Source: Caecitellus pseudoparvulus (taxonomy: Eukaryota; Protista; Bigyra: Bicosoecida). Taken from it: 64,000 nucleotides of DNA. The stretch covers positions 62,001 to 126,000 of the forward strand of contig CBFFRQ010000064.1 in assembly GCA_965644315.1 (NCBI GenBank). The letters are read 5' to 3'. The notes under the pieces are model-generated. The model made no database searches. It was given only the letters and a program-made list of their open reading frames with translations, and had not been told where the DNA came from. The translations under genes were made by a program, and so were the position numbers. Shown here piece by piece: positions 26,868-39,333 of the stretch (its first letter is position 1; every line of letters starts with the position of its first letter).

Positions 26868-27228
26868 CTAGCTGCGATCTTTGGCTGCCGTTTCAATGTA
26901 CTTGGGTCCTCGAATCCTGTGCCAACGCCGTGAAAGCAGCCTTGCAGCGCGTGTGTGCGGGGGCAAGACGCGGCTGCCTACCTGGTCCTCATGTCAAGTT
27001 GCCCGCGCCGACACTCGAAGTACGCCTTGCGGTATTTCTGCGCACCAGGAAGTGGAGCTGGGCAACACCTCCATGCCGTTCTCGGCACAGCCTGCTTACA
27101 TCGCACTCTGGGACGTCATTTCCGTTGAAGCACTGCGCCACTGTGTTGCCTTCTTTGATGCAAGCAGAGTCCCGCATGCACCTTGCGATGGACTTGACCA
27201 CGTCACGACAGGCAGCTGGATCTGCCAT
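26868..27228 (-). CDS. COA5: Cytochrome c oxidase assembly factor 5 (PET191), 77 aa
   Basis: Exons 27100-27228, 26982-27037 and 26868-26916 give MADPAACRDVVKSIARCMRDSACIKEGNTVAQC...ECDKYRKAYFECRRGQLDMRTRIRG, the PET191 Cys pattern and DMRxRxRG motif. Confidence 0.88.
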
Positions 27229-27374
27229 GATGTCTAGGTGCAAATTCCGCGAGCGCACGAAACACGCCACGCCAAGATGCACACCACACGATGAGCCAAG
27301 AGAAGCCTGGGCAATGGCAGAGTCCTAAATGCACACTGTTCTGTTGAGTGTATTGGTATTCTAGTGCGGTTTAT

Positions 27375-27384
27375 TTTTGGCGCG
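27375..27384 (+). promoter_or_regulatory. E2F-like site (TTTTGGCGCG) in the divergent COA5/DHDPS intergenic region
   Basis: Matches the TTTSSCGC consensus in a locally AT-richer intergenic stretch; function is inference only. Confidence 0.25.
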
Positions 27385-27586
27385 CTCGGCGCTTGGGTGT
27401 GAGAGGGGGAGCTGCAAGCAAAGGAGCTCCTTTGCACTCTCTCGCCAGCACCACGCCCGAAACATGAAGGCTTGTTCAAGCGCCAAATCAAAACTTGGTC
27501 CAAACATGTACTAGTCTTTTTCGCTGTCTGTTGTCCCCTTGTTTAGCCGGTCCGCTGAGTTTCTCCCCCGCAAGTGATCCGCAGAC

Positions 27587-28892
27587 ATGGCTGCATCAGA
27601 TGCCGCTCCCTTCAAGCTTCCCGGCGGAGTGTACACTGCCATTGTCACCCCGCTGACTGAGGACGCAAAGGCCGTAGATTTTGAAGCCTTGGACGCGCTT
27701 GTGGAGGCTCAGATCAGTGGCGGCGTGACGGGGGTCGTGCCAGTGCGTCTTTATGCAGCGGCACAATGCGCCTGCGGAATCTGAGCTGCACGTGACGAGC
27801 CTGCCCTCCCCCCCCGCCCAGTGCGGCACGACTGGAGAATCCCCCACCCTAAGCAAGGAGGAGAAGAAGCAAGTGATCAAGGCAGTCCTTGACAAGGTAG
27901 CTGGGCGATGCCTTGTGGTGGCTGGAACAGGTACGCCAAGGTTCTGAGATTCAACGGATCACCCCGCCGTCGGACCTCACCCCCCACCCTGGCCTGCTCA
28001 GGCTCAAACAACACTGCCGAGACGCTGGACATGACGGCGTGGGCCAAGGAAACTGGAGTGGATGCCTGTCTGCTGGTGAACCCCTATTACAACAAACCCT
28101 CACAGAGCGGCATCATCGCCCACGCCACCGCCGTGGCGGACCTCGGCCTGCCGGTGCTGCTGTACAACATCCCGGGCCGATCAGGGGTGAAGATGACCCC
28201 ACAGACCATTGCCACTCTGGCTGAGCACCCCAGCATTGTCGGGGTCAAGGAAGCCTGTGGGAGCGTCGCCCAGGTGCGTGCAAGGGCCCACACTGCCGCC
28301 CCCCCAGAGCCAGCCACGGTTGCCAGTGCTCCCCCTCTCACAGGTCTCGGATGTCGCAGAGGCAGTGCACGCCAGCCGACCTGACTTTGCCATTCTCTCG
28401 GGAGACGACCTGCTGTGCGTGGGCCGCCGCAGCGCTTCAGTCGCCCGCCTGCCCTGCGCTGCACCTCGTCATCCCCACCCCCTGCGCAGCACCCTGCCCA
28501 TGCAAACTGTCGGCGCAATTGGCGTGGTATCAGTCTTGTCCAACATCCTGCCAGCCCCTCTGGTGGCCATGGTCAAAGCGGCCAATGAGGGAGACTTTGC
28601 GACGGCCAAGGACCTGCACTTCAAGCTGGCGCCCCTGTTCAAGGCGTGCTTCCTGGACAGCAACCCAGTGCCGGCCAAGGCGTGCGTTCCCACTGCAAAC
28701 ATTGCACATGGAGCTTCCTGCCACGCGCGCACCCCTTGTCGCGCTCCGCTTCACAGAGTTATGAAGGCAGCTGGCCAGATCCCCTTCGACGCTGTGCGGA
28801 TGCCCCTCGTGCCCATGCAGAGCGCCACGTCAGCGTCAGTCATGCAAGCCTTCAAGACGCATGGAAAGGCGCTCGGTCTGACCATCGCATGA
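27587..28892 (+). CDS. dapA: 4-hydroxy-tetrahydrodipicolinate synthase (DHDPS)
   Basis: Six exons; [43 protein letters not shown] (Schiff-base Lys), SGDD and NPVPAK motifs. Confidence 0.93.
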
Positions 28893-29955
28893 TCAGCACC
28901 AGCCGTGGGCCGCCATGACGTCGGCGCCAAACAATGCACGTTCCCCGCTGACTTCCCGGGCGATGCATCGCCCGGAGACCTCACCCTCCACTTCCTCTAT
29001 GGCAGCCGCCAAACCTCGCACTGCTGGTAGTGCCCGGGTGTGTTGGGCTAGACGTCGCATCCCACTCATTGGCTCTGCGAAGACACGGTGCAACCTGAGC
29101 TGCAACACCGGCGGCAGTGGCGCGTGACGAAAGGCTGCCCGAACCACCACCATCGTCTTCAGAACACTAGCAATCGCTTCGGTCGCAGTAGCCGCCATGC
29201 TTCGCATCACATCGCCTGGGCCTTCTACAACTGAACCCAACGCGCCCAGGAGACCGACCGCTGCGCAGCATGCACGAAGCAGCGCCAATGCCCGGTCACC
29301 TGCAAGCAACATGTCGAGCACAGCTCCCTGTGCCTCAGCTCTCCACCTTGGGTGTGAAGATACGTGTGCCACGAAGGTTTCACGGGCCGGCCCCACTCGC
29401 TCACACTCCTCGGCTGCATACCTGCGCAAGCTGCCTCCCACTGCTCTCGCCAGGTCCAGACCAACGATTGCCCCAGGCGAAAGAGACAGGCACAGGCCTT
29501 CGACGGCAGCCTTTGCTTTCCAGGGATCATAGGCATCGGTCTGTCCCCGCATTTCGTTCAAGGCAGCGCGAAATCCCTGCAGCAGCGCCAACATTGGAGG
29601 GTTTCGTGCAGCAACGCACCGGCACAAGCGCAGACAGGCTTGCGCCAAGCCTCACCTTCACGGCAGCCTGAACACCTCTCTCACATTTGCATGTCACTGG
29701 TGATGTGAGCTCTTCCATGGCTGGTGTTGCATGGTAGCCTGGTGTCGTGCAACGCAGCAGCCGCTGGTGCACTGCAGCTGCTGCCTCTTGCAACGCTTCC
29801 ACACTTGTGGCAGCAGCAGGCACGCCGGAAAGAGCCGGCTGGAGCGCATGCCAAGCCAATTTGCATATCTGCACTGCAATAGCTATCGGGAGCAGGGCGT
29901 CAGGCGGAGGGCGGCCGCCGCCGCATGGTTGTGCTGCGCTGGCGTCACCACTCAT
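28893..29955 (-). CDS. Hypothetical helical protein (~327 aa)
   Basis: Exons 29656-29955 and 28893-29576 joined in phase by a gtgagg...cag intron at 29577-29655; no recognised domain. Confidence 0.55.
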
Positions 29956-30251
29956 AGCTCTGCCGGTGCGTTCACGGAAAGGCAGCTGAAGGATGGGAGG
30001 GCAAACACTGTCTGAATCGGGCAGGAAGGACAAATCAAATTGAAATGTCTTTAGGATTCCGCTTTCCTTGTCCCTTGTCTCTCATCTGAGCCCCTGCCCT
30101 TTGCCGCGCCAGCGAAGGCTCGCTCCGTTGCTTTGCCCGGCTGCCCCTTCCTGCCAAGTTGGCAATCTGCAAGCTCCTACGCGCTTGCACGCGGCACGCT
30201 GCCTTCACAAGCCGCATCAGGTCACGTCCTTTGCACGTGTCACACTTCTCC

Positions 30252-31506
30252 ATGGCAGCTAGTGCCCCTGGTGAGCATGGATTGGCCGGCGAGGCAGAAC
30301 TGAGGTGCGGTAATTGATTGCCTGGCAGCTGTGCCAGCCGAGCGCGGCCGCTACACTGCATCGGCCAGCACGCTTGCAGGTTCTACGACATTGGTGGGAA
30401 CCTTGTAAGGTCGTGATGTGTCGCTCATGCTGGGCACCCATTCCTAACGACACTCCACGTTTCGCTTCTCAGCTGGATGACATGTACAAGGGCGAGTACC
30501 GAGGGAAACCTCGACACCCTGCAGACCTCCCAGGCGTGCTGGAGCGCGGGTGGGCAGCGGGGGTCAAGCGCATCATCATCACAGCTGGGAATCTGCAGGA
30601 GGCGAAGGCGGCTCTGGAGCTTGTGCGTGCGCCGTACTAGTCTTCCAGCGGCCGCACAGCAACAAGCGCCAAGCACTCCCCGACGCGGCGCTATTTTTGC
30701 AGGCGCGAACAGATCCCAGGCTGGTGTGCACTGTAGGCGTGCACCCTACGCGCTGCCTAGACTTCCTGCCGTCTGAAGATGCCGCTGGAGTGCTGGCTGC
30801 GCTGGAGGCGGCAGACGACACTGCGGAGTGGGCTCCCACAGAGGCGCAGCTGGAGCATGCAAAGCAGTACTTTGAAGAGCTGCAAGCCCTCGTGCTGCAA
30901 GGCAGCATGGAAGGCAAGGTCGTGGCCATTGGAGAGTGCGGCCTGGATTACGACCGACTGCAGTTCTGCCCTGCCGCCGTGCAGCGCTACTTCTTCGAGT
31001 GGCACTTTCAGCTGGCCGGCAGTGCTGGCCTGCCCATGTTCCTGCACAATCGCAATGCTGGGGGCGACTTCCTGGCCATGGTGCGACGGGCAGCAGAGTG
31101 CTTTCCGTATGCGGTGTCACACTCCTTCACTGGCTCGGCGGCGGAGGCAGCTGAGCTGGTGGAGGCTGGTCTGTACATTGGCGTGAATGGCTGCTCGCTG
31201 AAGACACAGGAGTCCTGTGATGTGGTCGCGAGCATCCCTCTGGATCGCCTCATGCTGGAGACAGACTGCCCGTGGTGCGACATCCGCCCCACCCACGCAG
31301 GGCACAAACACGTCCAGAGCACGTGGCCGACGAACAAAGAGAAGAAATGGGCGCCCGATGCCTGCGTGAAGAGCCGCAGTGAGCCGTGCCACATTGTGCA
31401 GGTGGCTGAGGTCGTAGCAGGCGTCAAGGGCTTGTCCGTGGCAGAGGTCGCTGAAGCTGCGTGGCAGAACACAGTGGCCGTCTTCGGCAAGCCAGTCAGT
31501 GCTTGA
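30252..31506 (+). CDS. TATDN1: TatD-family deoxyribonuclease
   Basis: Four exons; FYDIGGNLLDDMYKG, TVGVHPTR, AIGECGLDYDR, MFLHNR, HSFTG, LETDCPW and SEPCHI motifs. Confidence 0.93.
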
Positions 31507-31844
31507 CTGCGGCATTCCACGCTGACCACACAATGCAAAGCTGGAAAACGTGCCATTCTGAAGCTGTCAGGGGGATGTGGCCAAGCCGGCAGCACACGCC
31601 GAGGGCTTTGCCAGCAACACAAGGCAGGAACCCCATTCCTTCACTCATGGGCATTCAGAACATGCGGGCATATCTCACACCATGCAGGTCGACTCTATGT
31701 TGTTCTCAGCACCGCGAGTTCTTGCCTGCCAACCCTAGCCCCTTCGGGTGCGACCGTTGTACCGTTGGCAACGCCAGGCACCGAGGACGCTCGAGGCTGC
31801 CCACGTTTGACCTTACACGGCCCACTCCTCCGACCTCACTGGCG

Positions 31845-33905
31845 ATGGCTAGCAGCTCTTCGTTTAGCTGGACGCAATCTGAGGATGCAGTTGAGGTTCA
31901 AGTGCCCTTGATGGGCTGCAAAGCTAGCAATGTCGCCCTGCACGGTGCGTGCGCTGAGTGCGGAGTTTCAACACAACACCCTGTAAATGCGACTGCATGT
32001 TGAGCACAGTGACGGACGTGTACATCAAGCTGAACTATCCACCGCGAGTACTCGTGATTGATCTGCATGGTGAAGTGGACTTCCAGTCGGCCTCTGCAAA
32101 GGCCGAGTCTGGCACGCTTGTGCTGGCGCTGAGGAAACGCTCGCCAGGCACCTGGCCTGTGCTGCAAGCCGAGGGCTCCAAGCAAGAGCTGGGCGAACGC
32201 AGGGCTGCGGCAGATGCTAGAAAAGCTCAGGTGGATGCAGAGGTATGCCTACTGTGAAGCTGCTTGCTTGGCATTCAGCTGCCGCAGACATCTGCACACA
32301 CTCGCCGCCACAGGTTGCGAAGGCTGTCCATGAAGACAAGCGCGAGCGAGAGCAGTTGGCATTCAAGAAACAGATGCAGCTGGAGGAAGCGAGGAGACAA
32401 CGGCTGGATGATGAAAAGGCTGCAGTCAAATTGGCTGCTCAGGAGGACGTGCTGTCGTCCCTAGCCAGCGTCGCTGAAGCTGACGCGAAGTCCCGTGCCG
32501 CTGCTGCTGGAAGTCGTGTGGCAGGATACACGGCCCCTGCAGAAGACGAAGATGAAGACGCAGTGGAGTTCATTCCAGCGCCCCGCTCAGCATCCCAGCA
32601 GGGCGGCAACGTGCTGCGCGTTGACTTCAGCGACCGCCCGTTCCCCACACCTCTGCGCGAGTCAAGGAAAGGTGCGGCAAGAGCGATACGAACCAGGCTG
32701 GGCACGGTGCATTCTTCACACGCAGCCCCCCTTGTGATGCAGAAGAAGAAAGCACGTGGTTGGCCAAACACAAAGAGCAAATTGAAGCGCATGCACGACG
32801 CCAGCGGGAAGGGAGGGGGGAAGGTGCGAACAGTCTGCAAGCTCGAGACGTGTCTGAGAGGGACGCACAATGGTTGAAGGAGCGGGGGGACACATTCTAC
32901 GCTTCCCAGGATTTCTTGGGGGCAATCAACGCATACTCTGCAGCGTTGCTGCAGCAGAGCTCCCTGCTGGCTGCGCGGTCCAACCGAGCTGCGTGTCACT
33001 TGCAGAGGGGCCACGCCCACGTCGCCATCTTGGACTGCTCGCAGGCTCTGGCCGAAGTTCCGACAGTGTGGGACGGAGATGCACTCCCTGCAGAGGTGCC
33101 GGTGGGGGTTTGGACAGAGGCCCGATCTAGCCTGGCGGACGTGGCCGTGGTTGGAGCTGTGGCAATGGGCCGCGAAGCCCCTCCAGCTCCGCCTGCTGCG
33201 GGCTCATCACGGGCATCAACCCCCGCCGAGTATGCAGTGTTTCGCAGTGTCGTGCGGATCCTTTCACGCCGCGCTGCGGGGTTTTGCCAAAGTGGGCATT
33301 ACACCCTGGCGCGCAAGGACTTGGTATGTGGCGCAAGTGTGGCGGCCAAGGCATCCAAGCTGCCAGACGCGCCGGCCGCACCGGTGGAAAGCATGGATGC
33401 AGAGCTACTGCTGGAGGATGCAGACTTCATGCTGGAGCTGGAGTCAGCTTGGAAGGCCAAGTTGGAAGGGGACACAGCCTGCGGTGCAGGGCAGTGGGAC
33501 GAGGCGCTGGAGAAGTACACCCATGCGGTGGACGCATCGGATGGGCTCCTCATTTCCGCTCTGCTAAATAGATCTGCAGCTTATGTGGCCAAAGATGATT
33601 TCCCTTCTGCTGTTGATGACTGCACAGCCGCGATGAAAGTTCTCGTGGACCAGGGCACGGACTTGTTGTCGCCCGTTCCGCCTGCACCCAGCGACGCAGC
33701 ACGGCAGCTGAAAGGCGCTGTCCTTGCGCGGCGAGGGCTGCTCCTTGCGACCTTGCGCCTGTGGGATGATGCACTGTCAGACCTGCGAAGTGCGGTTGCC
33801 ATCTCCCCAAAAGACGCAGACCTGCGAGCAGACATGCAGCTGGTGGCTTCCAAGGTCGCTATCGTGGAGACATCTGCCGCTGTCCCAGGCGCCGCAGCAT
33901 CCTGA
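31845..33905 (+). CDS. DNAAF4: Dynein axonemal assembly factor 4 (DYX1C1): CS/p23 domain plus TPR repeats
   Basis: Spliced product has FSWTQS...YIKLNYPP (CS domain), FSDRPFPTPLRES, WLKERGDTFY...AINAYS...SNRAACHL (TPR) and a second TPR block. Confidence 0.88.
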
Positions 33906-33909
33906 GGCA

Positions 33910-36900
33910 CTATATTGCCAAGCTCACTTGAACCAACAAGCTCTGAACTGCTGCTGCTGTTCCTAGTCGTATGAGCAAGTCGTATTGTGCGACTTCGGGC
34001 GCTGAGGCGCTGCGCCGAGAATGCTGCTTCGACATCCCTCCCAGCGTGCCTTCGAAGTTACCTCGCTGCGCCTGACCTGGGGAATGTGGCTCTTTGCTTT
34101 TCATGTTGGACTCAAAGTGTTCTCTGGCTGACTGGATGGCACTTTCTCTGCTGGAGTGCTCGTCGGTGGACAAACCCAGGTCCCGCATTTTCGCGCGAAG
34201 GGTGTCTGAGAATTCACGGCGAAGAGATTTGGCATTGAGGAGGTCAGCCTGTTTCCACGCTTCACTGTCTGTGAGTCCTGTTCCATAGCGTTGGGAAGCA
34301 GCCCGCAGCTGCTGTGCCTCCTGAAAACGCAGGGCAAGCGCCAGGCGGCTCCGCATGCTACTCCGGCCCGCACCTGGACCATGCAGATCTCCAGTGCCAC
34401 CGGGATTTCCCAGCCACTGCTGCGCCTTCACCTTTTTGTGGTCCTTCGGCGTGTCTTGTTCCGTGTGTGGTGCTCGGTGCAAGTCGCGCGCTGTGTGGCG
34501 AGCTTGGGAGCGTACCCTTGCCGCCGTCCGCGGCGTCGCCACGCTCAAGAGTGCCTGTTTGTACCGCCTGGACGCTGCCGCCGCGTCACGAAGCAAGCGA
34601 GCATCGTACACAGTCCTCTTTACATCAGGGTCGATGGGGGGAATCCGCGGCCGGGCGTTCAAAGCCGCCTCTCCCACCTCCAAGCTGCGCGCGGAGAAGT
34701 CCAGCGGAGGGAGGGCGGCTGGGAGAACAAAAACCGGTCCAGAACGCAGCCCTTCCAGAGTGGGATCGGCGCTGAGAGTGTCCTTCTGTGTCACAGAGCT
34801 GCCGTGGACACTGCCCTCTTCGTTGCCCTGCACCTGGGCATGAGCCTGGGTAGGCGACACGATGCTCGTCGTCAACCCGCTCACTTTCTCGGCTGCCGCT
34901 AACCGCGACCTGAGAGCTCCTAAGTGCCCAGCAGCAGCCCGATTAAATGCTTTTAGGCTTTCAGCCGCTGTGCTCTGTTCCGAGGCTCGCTCCCCCAGAA
35001 ATACCTTGGCAGCCTTTGCAGCCTGAAACCTTGCAAGCTCGTCGCCAAGCGCCTCCTCATCCTCAGCGTGCAAAGCAGCTTCCCCCAACAACTTCTCCAT
35101 CACATTCCTGACATCAGGGTGAAGGTGAGCTCCAGGTTTCCTTTCTCTGTCATCCAGGTCAGCAAGACTGGGCACCTCTGAATAGCCCGCAGGGGTCACT
35201 GTTCCTTTAATTGCTGTCCGCATGAACGCCTCGTCGCTCCTGGCGGCAGAGATGCCGTCTGCTGCGTCACTCTCTACTTTTTGTTCCATGAGTTGAGACT
35301 GTAACATGGACGCCAGCTGAGCTGTCTCCTGGCGTGACAAGGAGGCAGACCAGAGACTTCCGGCGCTGCTGCTGAGAGCTGGCCCAACGCCTTCCCCTAG
35401 CCCATCGCCCCAGCCATGAAGAGGCAAGACAGCTGCCCCTGAGCTTTGCGAGGTGTTGGCGTTTGGAGGCTTTGGCTTAGGCACTGGCTTCATGTTCGTG
35501 CGCCATGGGCGACTCCGGCGAAGCTGGCTGTGAGCGGCTTTGACCGCTCGCGCCGACCGAGACACGACTGATGGACTCATGAAGGCAGCAGGGGTGTCTG
35601 GACCAAGCGCGTGATAATCGTAGGACTGCACAAATGACACACTCTGCAGTTCCTCCAGGGAGGCTGACCCCAAGCCTGCCAGCACTTCTGCACGGGTCAG
35701 ACTCCCAACACTGCCTCCAGGGGCAGAAGGTAGCAGACGCGGCAGCTGTGTGTGACGCTGCCCCTGCAGCGATGATCGGATTGGCGCTCCCCTCTTTGCC
35801 CCGTAGGGTGCGTCGGCCTCTTTCGACGTTCGTGAGTGAGAGGCGTGGATCTGGTGGAGTCGGGATGCGCTGGAGGTGGTCCACACGGCCACGCTGTCAT
35901 CCACCTCCGATGCCTTGGCCATAGTGGGTGTCCGCACAAACTGAAGCCGCCTCAAGGCAGCTGGAGTACCAATGCGACCAACGAGACTCTCTCCGCTGAT
36001 TGAATATCCTGAAACAGAAGAAAGCGGCTCTTCAGACACCACTGTGTCCCTGCCATCGCCGAAACTACCGGTGTCGCTGGATTCCACACCAGCCTCATCG
36101 GCCATGGATGACGACATGGGAGAAGGAACTCCGCCAAACACGAGCAGGGGTGATGTGCCCCCGGGTGCTCCACCTGTCTCACGCGCGAAATCAGATTCTG
36201 ATCCAAGCCCCAGCTTCGCAAGGTTGAGTGGAGAAGCTGCCTCCCCACGACGCCTGCTTGGGCTTGCGCCTGGTCGCTTGTCGCCCAGTGCGGCAGCATG
36301 GGCTGCAACAGAAGAAGACACAGACAGTCTCGAGGGACTGAAACTTGCGTCAGCGCCCTGAACCACGCTGCATGCCATTGGCGAACGAGACGGCCCAGGT
36401 GAGTCTGCGCCAGTGAATGACTCTGGCGAGGAAGCCCTGGCTTCTGCGGACCTCTCAAACTCGTGGCTTGCCCCTACGAGAGACATTCGACTTCGAACCT
36501 TTGCTTTGTGCCTCGCGAGATCCCTACCTTTCAGTCGCTTCTCTCGTGCAGCCACCCGCTCCTCTGGTTCATCGTGCGCTGCCGGGCCAGTCATGTCTTG
36601 AACCGGTGCAGGGCGTTCACCGGCAGCATCAGACCGAGGGACCAGCTCCCCGTGCTCGTTGAAAGCCAAGTCATGCTGTTCTACGCTGGCTTCCTGCGAC
36701 AGCTGGTCTTGGCTGAGCCGCCCAGCGGAGAAGTGCACGTTGGGAGCGATGTGACCAAGTCCAAATGCCCGCAGGCCCGCTGGTGGAACAATGCTGTTCC
36801 AGCGTGCAAGGCTCACAACGTCACCTTTCAAATTTAGCACAGGTGCAGTTCCTCGAAGAATTACAGAGTGAATGTAGCCTTCATCTGGCCAAGTCGCGTG

Positions 36901-38404
36901 TCGGCCGTGGAAGTCCCCCGCATGGGCTATGGAGGGCACGCCAAGATGCTGAAAGCTCAGCTTCCCACGACGGAAGCTGCGTGTTTCTTGCTTGGCTTGG
37001 CCGTCTGCCTGGGCCTTGTGGGCTTGGGCCACGACAATGGGCCCAGCTCGACGGTTCTGTCCGGACACTCGCAAGAGCTCGGCCGATGCCATTCTGGCAG
37101 AACTCGACTGCAGCCGGGGTGTCCAAGGCAAGTCCCCTTGCAAATGCATGTACCGCCTGAGGTCTTGGCACTCCCCATGCAGCTCAGCCAGGGCAGCTTG
37201 GAGCCGAAGGGTGTCCACAGCCAAGGCAGCCTTCGGGTGCATGCACACTGCCTGTGCTTCTGCCGGAGACAGTGGGCCCGCTGGAAACAGACACGGAAAC
37301 TGTTGAGATGTGGAGTGAGATGGATGGGAGGGCATGCTGTCTTGGCTGTGGGTGAGGTGAGTGGCAGCGGCAAAGGGCAATCCCCGAGGCCACACGTGCT
37401 GCCCTTTGGAGGTGGTGAAGCAGTGCTGCAGCAGCAGCGCACATTCGCGGCGCACAGCAGTCACCCGGCGTGCCTCTGAGTCGCTGTCTCCCGCCCCTGA
37501 CGGGGGGATGAAGTCACAAAACGCTTGCATGCGCTGAAGGGCCACCAGCTGGGTTTGCTCAGCGGACAAGTTCGGCACAGGGTGGTCTGCTTGCAGGTTG
37601 TTCGGAGCGAAGAAGGGATTGAACAGCAATTGGGGCCCCTCGATGCGCAGAAGTCGACACAGCGGGAGGCTTCCGGCCATGAAGTCAAGGTCGTGTAGCA
37701 TGCACTCCATGTAGTTCACGCCCTGGAAGAGGAAAGGCTGGTAGTCTGCCACGATGGCTTCCTCCAGAGCATTCGTCACCTGCACCTGCCTGCGAAGGAC
37801 ACTGAACCTGTGGGTCAGAAGCCCCTCTCCTGCAGCTTGAGCACATGCGGATGCCTCGCCGACATTCGTTGGGTGCTGCGCTGAGAGGCGCTGCAGCTCA
37901 GGCGGTTGCTGTGTGTCTTGCGACAGGATGTCCAGGTGGCTGGGCTTCTGGGGCAACCTTGCAGCCCGCCTCAGGCCTGCCCGCCAAGCAGCCACCGCCT
38001 CCACCACCTGCACTCCTGCTTGGCGAAGGGACAGTGCGAGCGCCACGATTCCACGGCAGGTTTCCTCGCATGCGAGGTCTACACGGTCTGCCTGCACCTG
38101 TTGCACGGTTTCGTACATCAAGCGTCGGTAGCCCTCTCGAAGTCGCATACTGCCCACACATGCGTAATGGAGGCAATCCAGCGCAGTGGGACTGCGGAAA
38201 GGGGTGAGTCGCGCAGGTGCCGGCGCTGCAGGGCACGTCCCTTGCCTGCTCAGGCTTGACTCACACATCCCCAAAGCGGGCCCGGCGGGCCTGCTCTGCA
38301 GGATCGCCTGAGTAGGCCAGCTCAACATCATGATGGGACTCTTGCGAGGCCGTCTCAGTTGCTGCGGCCGGTTGGCTTTCGCGCTCAGGGGCGCTGCTCT
38401 GCAT
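33910..38404 (-). CDS. Large uncharacterised protein (~1,473 aa) with a structured-looking N-terminal block
   Basis: Exons 38265-38404 and 33910-38191 (intron 38192-38264, in phase); N-terminal LR.AGV.VVEAV.AWR...PFLFQGVNY...DLDF...NPF block; remainder Ser-rich and disordered. Confidence 0.72.
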
Positions 38405-38674
38405 CCTGCGGAAATTGCGCGAGGACGCTGCGTTGCCTGCCACAGACTTGGCACTCCAAGCGGCTTGCAGAGAAGTTGCACTGTCAAATCAACGCGTGTA
38501 AGCTAGTTGAGCGGGTTTTGGGTGCTGCCTGCATTGCGAAACTTGATCGTTGGCGCTCTTGGGAGCCTGAAACCGACGTCGGCTGGCCCGGGCTTCGCTG
38601 TCTTCCGCTGGGGAGAGCGCACCGATATTCCTCGGAATCAGGAGGAAGACAGTCCTTTTGCTTCTACGAATTTT

Positions 38675-39327
38675 ATGGCGAAGGCATGTGCCCCAGTGCG
38701 CTTGCACACGGTGCTCTTCCGCCCGACGGTTCCAAACAACACTGGTGCGTGTGCGGAACTTGATCGCTCACAGCCAACAAGGGACGAGCACGCAGGGCCA
38801 GCCATGCTTCCACAGGCGCCATCGGGCGGCTGTGTCTGGGGTTCCACAGCTCCCTGCACATTGTCGGCCCCGCCGGCTTTGACTTGTCTGACGCCCGGGC
38901 CAAGCGGGCTGGCCTAGACTACTGGCCTCACGTGGACAAACACATGCACGCAGACGAGGCAGCCTTCGCCAGCACCTCCTTGCCCGACATGCACGTCATG
39001 CTCATGCTCAGCAAGGCGGCCAAGTTCGGAGCGCAGGGCCTGCACACCTTGGACCTGCCGCGCCTGGTGCGGCAGCAGGCGCCTTCGGGCCACTGCGGAC
39101 CAGTCAACGTTGCCGTGTGCTTGGGCAGTGAGACGGAAGGCATCACCTTCTTGCCACACAGCGCGGCGGGCCGGCGCATCCTGCAGCGGTGTGCATTCCT
39201 GTACGTGCCCATGGACCCCGGCATTCGCAGCCACAACCTCGCCAACACCGCCGCCATGGCCCTGTGGGAGGTGACCCGGCAGTGCGGGCACGCGGCAGCC
39301 CTGGACGCCATGACAGCCCGGGCCTGA
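38675..39327 (+). CDS. trmL: TrmL-like SPOUT tRNA 2'-O-methyltransferase
   Basis: Intron 38745-38815; VLFRPTVPNNTGAIGRLC, RAGLDYWPHV, GSETEG and VPMDPGIRSHNLAN...EVTRQ motifs. Confidence 0.85.
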
Positions 39328-39333
39328 CGCACT

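Noticed and set aside
31759-31772. X-box-like GTACCGTTGGCAAC upstream of the ciliary gene DNAAF4
   Set aside because: Only one half-site matches well, and RFX factors are essentially known from opisthokonts and amoebozoans, which is probably not this lineage.
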